A stretch of DNA of 33,000 nucleotides, from contig NW_021832221.1 of assembly GCF_006345805.1 (NCBI RefSeq), positions 279,001 to 312,000 of the forward strand. The letters are read 5' to 3'. The position numbers and the translations under genes are program-made. Position 1 is the first letter of the stretch. Each line of letters begins with the position of its first letter. Of this stretch, positions 24,055-33,000 are shown piece after piece. The notes below the pieces were generated by a model that was not told where the DNA came from, made no database searches, and saw nothing but the letters and a program-made list of their open reading frames with translations. This DNA is from Octopus sinensis (taxonomy: Eukaryota).

Positions 24055-24405
24055 CCACCAAAGTCTAACAAAAATAACTTTATTATTATTTTAATTCAGC
24101 TAGATAAAAAAAACTATATTTTTTAATTAATGTGGAAAAATGCTCGGATTATTTATCCAGAATGGGTCATAATGAGTTGAATGGGGCATGATATTTTTTG
24201 GTCAATTTCAAGTAGCAAAATGGTCGGGAAAAAAATCATATTCCTAATCTTAGCAATTATGTGTCAAATAACATGTTTAAGGTACTATAAGCTGCCAATG
24301 TTAGTATATTCCAAATCTTGTCTTCCAGTCATGACAAGGAGATCAAATTTAATGAACTAATTGAAAACCGATTCATTTATGAGAAGACATAAAAAATAAA
24401 ATAGT

Positions 24406-25805
24406 TTATGGCTTTAGAGAAATGGGATTTGTGTCATTTTTCTTATATTTGGAGAATATGCAATATTTGACCATTACAAACACAGCCATAACTGCCAAGA
24501 AGAGTGATATAGAAATAGCAGTAATATACATATGCTCTACTTGGTTATTTAAATATATACTTTTCTTGTTTTTTGGTTTTTTACTCGTCTCCCAGGTTAT
24601 TTCGCGACTAGCAATCCCGAGTTCATTAACGCAATAGCACGTTATTCGAAACACCCGTGATCCTTCTTTCTCTATAAAGAGTGTTGAATTGGTGCCTTAA
24701 AAATTATCGAAAGGCAAACTTTGCTCTTTCTTCCTGTTAAAAAGCCAGACATACTTGCATTTTGAAGTGGAAGTACAATATAACGTAAAGTGAGTATCAT
24801 TTTCTTTAAGAATGAGTCGAGTAATAATTGGGGTTGCTGGATTATAGAGAAAATAAAATAACCGTAGTTTATAATCGAAAATGAAATTGAACGATTCAAG
24901 TATCGACAAGAATATACTCCTGGTTTTTTTGGATTAGTTTGTCGTCCAAATTGATCAAAGTACGTCGCATTTTTGAATTCCCTAGAATATAACCGGGATT
25001 TCCAAACCTGTCATAAAAAATACATTTAATATTCAAGTTAGGCTTATTGTTGATAGTATAGAAGACATGGTTGTCCTGAGGATAAGTGAAGCCCTTTGCC
25101 ACTGATGCTGCCTTATCGATCTCAAGAATGACTTACCACAATGTATTTCTACGGGACGGTTATTTTTGGAGAGTATTAGATAGGTTTTTTTAATTAATTG
25201 GGTTCTGTAAAAGAACGCACATTGAGCCATCATTATTAGCTCTGGAGTGGCATTTCCAATAAATATTTTATCTGGAGTAAAGCACAATCCTATACCCCTC
25301 AATACAATTAAATTTCCCTCGTAGTTCGTGTATTTGATCGTGATCTGACCATCGACAAGTCCTTCTGGAAACGAGGGAGCATATGAAGCACAGTCCAACA
25401 TTATCCCGCCAGTGCCGCAATTAAGATTGACAATTTGATTAGCTAGGTCAGTTTCTATACAAAATTAACAAAACAAAAGTTACCAGGGAGCCAGGCAACC
25501 TGGAAATAAATAGATTGTCCTGTGCTCGAATAATAGCACTGATAATTCCAATGAGAAATGTTTGCAGAAATCAGTTTTAGAAATGACCCATCAGATTCCG
25601 TGGAATACAGGGCAGGAGGCCAAGTATTAGTGAGCAGAAAGGGTCTAAATCTATTAAAATGTCTTCTTTACTTTTGTTGATTAAATTTGCAGTTCAATTC
25701 GAATTTAGTTTTGGGATAGTAGATATCCGCTGATTTTTGAGCTATCAATGTGACAGAATCTATCACGTGCAGGAAAAGGATCATCCAGTTAAATTGTTGA
25801 GACAT
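24406..25805 (-). CDS. Type I membrane protein with Ig-like and FN3-like extracellular modules and a short cytoplasmic tail
   Basis: There is a weak signal-like N-terminus (MSQQFNWMILFLHVIDS). Ig-like Cys/Trp spacing appears as FELNCKF...TWPP...NYQCYY, then LNCG...LDCASYAP, and the FN3-like end reads FRITCYCVNELGIAS. The TM segment MYITAISISLFLAVMAVFVMV is followed by KYCIFSKYKK. Frames join through micro-introns; the middle exons are only partly resolved. Confidence 0.6.
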
Positions 25806-26444
25806 ACTTAACTGCTTTCTACGTAGATTTTGGATTAAATAGAAAAAATAAAGAAAACATCGCAACAAATCAATTTGCCGGTGAGTTATTATAAACTTGA
25901 TCATATATTATGAGTTTTGTTTTATAGATAAGATATCTGATTATTCGCAAAGGATATCTGTCAAAATAGAGTACAGGGCATTTACTAATACTTAATTCCA
26001 CTTGAATGGGAGCATACAGTGGAGAGATTAAATCCATTCAATTTTATTAATCAACCAGTAAAGTAAAAATCAATATGTCACTTTCATCAGCTAGAACGAC
26101 TATTACATGTTAGCATCTTTAATTCATTATAATCATTTAGTTAGTTTGGAAAAATTTAATAGAAACAAATATCAGAAATAATAAAATGTGCTTGGCTGAA
26201 TTTGTTTAGTCCAATATTCTGACAATAAAATTTATCAGTAGCTTTAATCAATTACAAAATGTATTGATTAGCACTAGATTATTAGTACTAATTGAGTATT
26301 TAAAATATTTAAGACAACTCAGAGATTACTAGTCCTCTGTAAATTAGATTACTTACAATATTTTACTAACAATTGAAGAGATCGAAACAATTAATCAAAC
26401 GTGTATACATAAAAAATGGTTTAACTGATCTCATCGACAGGAAA

Positions 26445-27161
26445 TTAGTCTCCAAACTTTAATGACAAACTACAACCAAATTGGCATGTTTTAGTGGTTG
26501 CATAACCCGAGTCACACATCAAGTTATGAAACCAGCGCCTTCCTAGGTTGCCCACAAAAAACCTCAAGCGGGTGAATATCACCTTTTTTGCGAATAAGAA
26601 AAAAACCGGGACAGCTAAAAGGTCCAGCAGTTGAATGGTCATCAACACAGCGGAGGTTCCAACGAGAAGAGATCGAGTGGTCCATTTTGTAGTGGTTTAG
26701 TGAATGATGATGGCCGGAGTGAAAACGAGGAAGAAGCATTTCGAGGGGTGAACATGTGGTGGTAGTTTACAGAGTAGACGTCAACTTGTCGAGGTGGAAA
26801 TGTGATCATGAATTCTTTTCATTGAATGTGAACATTGGTTCAGACCATTAATTTTAGCAGGGAGTATTGTTTTGCAGGCGTAAGTGGACGACCACTCTCA
26901 TTTATCACATTTTGAGCAATGCGAAAATGGTAGAATTCACGCAAACAGGAATTGTGCTCCTCTCATTTTAAATGCTTTTCTATTGGGTAGATAGTCAATA
27001 GGTGTTGATTTAACGGGTTTTTTATTGATGACAAGAGTACCAAGGAAAGGTCCGATTCTACGCACGGTTAAAACACACGACGGCCCTGTTAAACATTCAT
27101 AGCTAACTCTTGAGGCACGAGGCCGTTTGGTAAAATAAATGTATAAACAAAAAATATACAA
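26445..27161. CDS. Unassigned coding-like region; strand and exon structure unresolved
   Basis: GC is higher than in the flanking spacers, and overlapping short ORFs and micro-intron-like segments occur on both strands. Confidence 0.3.
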
Positions 27162-27215
27162 GGCATATTTAAATGCAGTAAAGATATATGAAAATATTTC
27201 AATAAACTATAAATT

Positions 27216-28446
27216 TTAATCAGAGATGGAAAAATGAGCGTCTTCTTGTTTTGTTACAAAACGAGCACCAAAAGAGAGAATCGACCCGATTATAGATTCG
27301 ATTGACGTCAACATAGCTTCAGTGCAACGACTGGGCGTGCAACATTCAAATTTTCGAAAAAATTGACTCATTGGAAAAAACTCTACAAAAATTTCGGAGA
27401 CGGACGGAAAATGATTTCCAACATATTTAATATCCTGCATATACAATACCAGATAGCTAACTTTACTACATTTTGTCTCAATTTCTCTTCGAAACTTGAA
27501 AAAATCAAAATCGGATACCGAAATTGACCTTCCTATCAGTCGCCTTGACCGTTCACAAGAGTCAGTTCTGAATTTCACAAGATTTGCGAATGGGAGAAAG
27601 TCAACAGGAGGCGTAGGGTCAGGTTTGGTTGGTTTGGAATGTACAGTCATTCTATGTTGAATTAGACGTGGACAAACATTTCAGTGTGACAGGACTCCCT
27701 GACGTGTTGGACAAGCTCGGGGAAGTGATAATCATCATTTCTATAATTATAGCGGACAGTGAAGTGGTGGTCCGAATCACTCACATTCCCGATCAGACGG
27801 GAGGTGAATGACATGTCTTTGGGGAGGGGACTGTCGTAGGGAGACCCCTCGCGACGAATTCGCAAGACAGCCCAATTCCCGTCCTCAGGAAGAACTCGAA
27901 AAAAACTAAGAATTGGTGGAAATTAGGCGGACCGGTAAAAGACAGGGGAAAGTCTGAGAGATGAGATAATACAGCGAATGATTCTGCTGTACTGGAAGAA
28001 AATATGTTCGTGTGATGACAGGCCTGGCGACCTTGATTGTTTTTGGAAACAAAAAATCCACTGTTCTAAAAGAACGGGGGATTCTTTTCCACATCGGGCC
28101 AATATTTCAATATAGAGAGAATAACTGTCGTTGATTTGAATGTTCACCATTTGGTCGACCACGGCTGTCAGGATGTCTTTAAGATAACTCAGCATTCGCG
28201 GACAAAGTGGAATATTAAGTCCAAACTGAGAATTGATTACGTATTCAAAACCCAAATATGACAATCTCCACTTTCCCTTGTCATCTTTGGTTCCTTGAAC
28301 TTGCCAGTCCTTGTCCTGGAGCACGATATTGTTTGGATAGAATATATTAAGAGGTATTTTATGTATTGTTTTATGTTTAGTTCATTTGAGCAAAATGAAG
28401 ACCGTCTCCCTTCCGAACTGCTTCCTGGACTTGCTTCGAATGACAT
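27216..28446 (-). CDS. ATG13: Autophagy protein ATG13-like (N-terminal HORMA domain, shortened disordered tail)
   Basis: The spliced N-terminus ELNIKQYIKYLLIYSIQTISCSR...IW|FGLNIP...LYIEI...VLLEQWIF...YSRIIRCIISSLRLSPVFY follows the ATG13 HORMA pattern, ending in FTVRYNYR. It also has DFLPFA and LIR-like DFDFF motifs. The introns are about 26-27 nt. Confidence 0.75.
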
Positions 28447-28586
28447 CTTAATTAGGATTGACCGTGTACAATTTTATAATTCAATTATTGCATCATATCA
28501 TCCTAAATATTGAATAAATTATAATCTAATGAATAAATAAATTACAACTTAACTAAACTCGTTTTAATTGTATTTTTTATAATATT

Positions 28587-30150
28587 TTACACAGCTGGGC
28601 CATCAATAATGCTCTTTAACAAATACCACCGATCTACCAAATCGAAATGAATCCGATTGTATTCTAAGTAGAGTACTCTACTTTGCATAAACTCCTTTCA
28701 TCAATCAACGAACGTTGAAATGGAACAAATCGAAAGATTTTTACACAAGTACTACTTTTAATAGTTCGGAAATGTATTCTAAAATGGTATTTGTTATCAC
28801 GATTTGATATCATATTATAAACTTTTTGGAACAAAAATTATCTGTTAATATCTTTTAATGCTCACTCATTAATATTTTAATTACCAATTTGTTCCACCAC
28901 ACAACCGGGTATGACCAAATAGGCGATAAATACACACAGATTATTTCCACGAATAAAGAAAAATTGTAATTATCTCACAAACAGTCGGGTAGTGGCTTTA
29001 TCTATTTAAATGAGCAATTTATTACAAACATGCACATCACCTTATGGAGTGAATCAAATGTCATCCTGCTGCCATCCTTGCCGTAGGAAAACACGTGACG
29101 CAAACCTAAGGACATCAAAGGCTATGTATCACCTAAGTACAACCTACTAGAATAGCTTGACGTCTCGTAGTTGTAATTTGCTAATAAACCACATTAAAGG
29201 TATGCCTATATGTAAAAAATAATACAACCAATTGCCTTCTGGAAACATCGTCCGGAAAATTGCTGTGAAAATAGCATCCAATGATGCAATCAACGCAATT
29301 TGGAATATTTTTTAAAACTTGGAGTGCGTGGCCGGATGCATGCGTAATCCTCAACAACAGCCTGTCAAAAAAGGATCTGCAAACTCATTTACGTTAATAA
29401 AAGAAACCATCTTCTCCGGGTGTGCTAAAAATATTCATTTTCTGTCTTGTGCAAAATGGTGACCGCCTTAGACCCCACTTGTCTACTCGGATCCTATGTT
29501 CAGTCTGATGAACCTCAACCAATGATATCTGGATGGCGGGGTAATATGTGTGAAACTTGAAATAGTCATAATTACTAAGTTTGCAGATCTGAAAATGAGT
29601 GTGCTTTCTTTCAAAAAACTTAAAAGATTGAATTTGTTTTACGGGATGCTCGTCTTACTTTGAAAAGATATTACTTTGCTGGGCACTCTCGTGTTTCCGT
29701 CCGGTATTAAACCAGAATTCGTAAATAAACTTGCCAAATTTCGTACACTGATCAGAGAAAGTAATTTTGTTGATAGTCGCAGTGTTATTTCATGTTTTGA
29801 AAAAAGGTTGGTCAAAAACTGTGTAGTTTTAGAAATTATGATAAGCTCTAAATATCAATGAATGATAGCTCTAAAAATAGAGTTCTTCCCCAACGTCCCT
29901 TTGCTGAATGGGGCTTGCCAACAATTCATATTTTGCACACAAGGCTCACTTCTCCATTAGAATTGTAAAATTCGGAATTCAGAGTGGATTCGACAAGAAC
30001 AATGTGAAATAATCCAAAATAAAACTTTTTCATAGTCGGTAGGTCCCGATGGTGGAATCTATTGTGGATAACTCTCTCCGAAAGTGACCCGGTGTGTCGG
30101 AGCAGAATCAAGTAGCAGATCCCTGTAGTACAGAGGTATCGACTGCCGTA
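28587..30150 (-). CDS. Multi-exon gene of unknown function
   Basis: Exon blocks joined by micro-introns read FHTYYPAIQISLVEVHQTEHRIRVDKWGLRRSPF..., FPEGNW|HTFN|...|GLRHVFSYGKDG and ...RSLIDER|KYNRIHFDLVDRWYLLKSIIDGPAV*. One junction needs a 1-nt indel at T-run 29308-29313. The start is not located and I recognise no family. Confidence 0.45.
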
Positions 30151-30288
30151 AATATAAAAAATTAATTAATTTATTATATATAAATTAAAAATAAACTAAA
30201 TTTGTATTATAATAAATTGATTTGATATACTGCACGTTGTGGGTTAGTCTTGTTGTCATTATATTTCTGCAGTTATTTAAACTCAAGA

Positions 30289-31743
30289 ATGGAGACAAAA
30301 ATAACATATTCTAGCGAAAAGGAGAATCATCTAGAAAACGGTTCAGTAAATTATAAAATTTGATGCCATAATAATCAAACTAATTCAGATTTAATAGATA
30401 TCGGCAAGAACACGTATGAGCCCCTCCTAAACTGTCAGTAGTAATTCGACGAGTGATCCTGTAACAGCATACCAACTCATCGAGAATGCTCCAATCGACT
30501 ACGAGGAACGGGAGGACGTGATAGAGGACAATCCCACTAATGACATCCAAGTATGAATAATGACACATTGTAGGCGGACCCCTCACTCGACGACACTGCC
30601 TTCAATTCGGTAAATGTTTATATTACTTATACTTATAGAAGACTGAGGAGGATCAAGTTGGTGTACTGTTTAATGACTTGCAGGAGGGACGTGGTGATAC
30701 GCGAGTCATCAGAGTATTTGTCACTTTAATATACTAGTATAAGAAGGATGGGAGAGGACAGAAGGATGGTTATTTCTTATTCTCATGTCAAGACTCGAGA
30801 CATCATCGGTCGAGAAGGAACCAGGATTCCACTCACAACGAAGAAAGTGTATCCTGTCTTCTCCATATCCGCAATTTGACTCGCCCATACTTACTGGACG
30901 ACCTACTCGACCTCCTCTCTTCTTCTGGAGAGTTTCTAAGAGAGAGCATTTGGCAGGACAAGATCAAGTTCAGATGTTTTGTGCAGGTTTGTTGATGGGG
31001 GTATTGTTAAGTACGTGAATGAAGAGGTGGCCCGCTCGGCGAGGAATGCACTGAATGGAATGCGGTGGCCTCCTTCCAATCCACGACAACTCCGCGTGGA
31101 ATATTCCGATGAGAACGAATTGGCGGCGATGAAGGCCCGAGATGTGCGGATATCTGAGCAATCGGCTGGAATGCCCAGCAGTGCGGATGTCACATTCAGC
31201 AGGAGGCCGAATGAACGGTTCAAAGTGACACGGAAATACAATGTCCGCGAGTGGGATGCTCAGAAAACAGATTATTCCGGTCCTCAGCCCAAACTGAGGA
31301 AGGAGGATGAGAATGGGAATATTCCACCCCCGTCAGACCGACCGCATAGATATGGCAATACTGTGTTGTGCTATTTGTAGAGGGTGCTGAGAGTGAGAAA
31401 AAGGACGAGAAGGAGGCCGAGAAGTTGTTGGAGACGTTGTTCAGGAAGACGACATCGAAGCCCTCGATATATTGGTGTCCGGTTAATTAGGATGATTAAT
31501 TGGGTAGGCACAAGTAGACGAGTCGAAATGTGATGATATAAATGAAGTATATTTCTTTACTAATGTGTAGGACAAGCCTGCTGAAGTGGTGAAGGTCCAC
31601 TGTTATGTTAATTAAGTAGGATTCTCGTCCGAAAGGGAATTCCCCCCGCAAATATTACTCGGTTGACAATGTGGAGTGATTTGTAGAGAAGTAGTCCTGA
31701 GAGGACACGAAGAAGTAGGAGTCCTCGAAGACACAGGAATTGA
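30289..31743 (+). CDS. ACIN1: Acinus (ACIN1)-like splicing factor: RRM, RSB motif, short RS tail
   Basis: The RRM reads LLHIRNLTRPY...WQDKIKFRCFVQ|YVNEEVARSARNALNGMRWPPSNPRQLRVEY. The RSB motif reads LETLFRKTTSKPSIYWCP and the tail reads RSSPERTRRSRSPRRHRN*. There are about 12 introns, including GC-AG 31355-31380. The start codon is less certain. Confidence 0.88.
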
Positions 31744-31879
31744 TTGTGTTCTTTTCCTCTTTTTTGGCTAATATTTTTTCGATTCAATTGTTTCTGTATT
31801 AGTTTATTAATCTATTCAACAACACAAGAAACGCGTGTGAGGTTAATAAGACCAGAGAAGAAATAATTAAAATGATTTG

Positions 31880-33000
31880 TCAAGCTGAGGCAAGTGTACA
31901 ATTTTCTTTGGTTCTCGACAGTCTCTCAGGTTGTTAGTTTTTGTGAAAATTTTTTACCAATTTTAGCAAAAGGTGGATTGCAGACTATTTTGAAGGCGGG
32001 TACGACAAGCTCAAAAGCGTCCGAAATGCACTCATATTTCGTCCTTCCTTCCAGTTTCAACACTGGCGGAACCCGTGGTGCTGACGGTAGTTGATAGCGT
32101 CGTCGTAAAAAATTTGTTAACACAGGTGGCATCCTAAACTTGCCTTCCCTAAAAGGAAAGGTAGTCATTCCGTCAGGACGCTTTCCTTCACTCCGACAAC
32201 GACCGACTGGTTTTGTGTAGAAGGGAAGCCTAGAGCTCTTTTGACGAAGTAGTTAGCTTAAATGTGGCGAGGAATTCCACCAGTACTCCTCTTGCACGAC
32301 AAGGTTTGCGAGTCGTTCGGGGAAATTGTGTACCCCCACCTGCAAGTGTGGGATGTCCAAGCCCAAGTGTAAACAGATACCAATCCGTAAGGATTCATCG
32401 TTTAGTAGTAATCCTCTGCTGGTGACTGGAGTGCTTTGAGCGACTCTCCCATATGCGATTGACAACCGCTGTTTAGTGAGGCCAGTTGAAGTTGGTCAAA
32501 CTGAGGGAAGTATAACTAAGCAAATGATGTAAGTAAAATGTTAGATGTAAACCAAGCCAGCGGATCCGATCAGCAAGCAGTCTAATTTCGTAGCATTCAG
32601 ACTACTACTATACAATGGTTGGAAATTGGCATGCTAAAGATGTCAAGATAGCTGATAGGTGTAAGCCTCAACATATCGATCAGACTGCAAAGAGAGAGGG
32701 ATGTGTGGGAGAGCCTGGCAAGGGGAAGCGAATATATTTACAAGTTCAGATTTGCCGACGTTTAAAGATAGTCAGATCTTGGAGAAATCAGAAGTTATTC
32801 TGTTAAAGCCCTCTATAACGACCTCTGTTAGTCCTCTAATCGCTACGTCATCCACGTACAAAAAATTAACACTTTACGAAAGGTTTCGTACAATATGGTT
32901 AATGAAGAGGACAAACAGCAATGAGGCCAGTCGGTCACCCTGCTTAATCCCACATTCAAACAGGATATTAAATATGTTGGACATCACTTGCAGTTTTCGG
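31880..33000 (-). mobile_element. Heavily decayed CRE-clade non-LTR retrotransposon, extending beyond the window
   Basis: Minus-strand remnants include RT motifs GIKQGDRLASLLF, YVDD and LSLNVGKSEL, then GLLLNDESLRIGICLHLG and a decayed knuckle (CR...LSCKRS...RH). The RLE motif RSEGKRPDGMTTFPFREGK lies at about 32150-32195. There are multiple stops, frameshifts and an internal deletion. Confidence 0.82.

Noticed and set aside
26530-26580. LRFFVGNLG resembling an RRM RNP2 motif
   Set aside because: The frame stops about 30 residues later with no RNP1.
28666-28683. 18-bp perfect palindrome AAGTAGAGTACTCTACTT inside a predicted 29-nt intron (possible introner footprint)
   Set aside because: A rough expectation is on the order of one such palindrome per window, and other introns share no repeat or hairpin.
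1-33000. Stop-codon reassignment or RNA editing as the explanation for fragmented ORFs
   Set aside because: Stops fall inside removable GT-AG or GC-AG micro-introns. The spliced lengths checked (480, 510 and 549 nt) are exact multiples of 3 under the standard code.
1-33000. tRNA, rRNA or snRNA genes
   Set aside because: None were recognisable by eye; a covariance-model search would be needed to exclude divergent small RNAs such as an SL RNA.

Overview
This is AT-rich, very compact eukaryotic (animal-type) DNA, not prokaryotic. The ORF track looks fragmented because nearly every gene is cut by spliceosomal micro-introns, typically 22-31 nt. Splicing these out by hand gives recognisable genes in this order: the 3' part of a sacsin-like gene (DnaJ + HEPN), a calmodulin-like EF-hand gene, a miniature TPX2-like gene, a 7.2-kb CCDC162/DUF4549-like gene, a TRPA1-type channel, a Ubc12/UBE2M-like E2, an Ig/FN3-type membrane protein, ATG13 (HORMA) and Acinus (RRM + RSB motif). 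Several unassigned coding-like stretches remain. Mobile DNA comprises a decayed pogo/Tigger-like Tc1/mariner element and two CRE-clade non-LTR retrotransposon copies. The first CRE copy has a near-intact RT frame, an in-frame deletion of the endonuclease core and a candidate 10-bp TSD containing a TTTAG acceptor-like motif. The second is decayed but retains the endonuclease motif. Intron size and gene content suggest a genome-reduced animal parasite such as a dicyemid (orthonectid or myxozoan not excluded); this is inference only. All family assignments come from motif recognition from memory, with no database search, and all gene models are manual.
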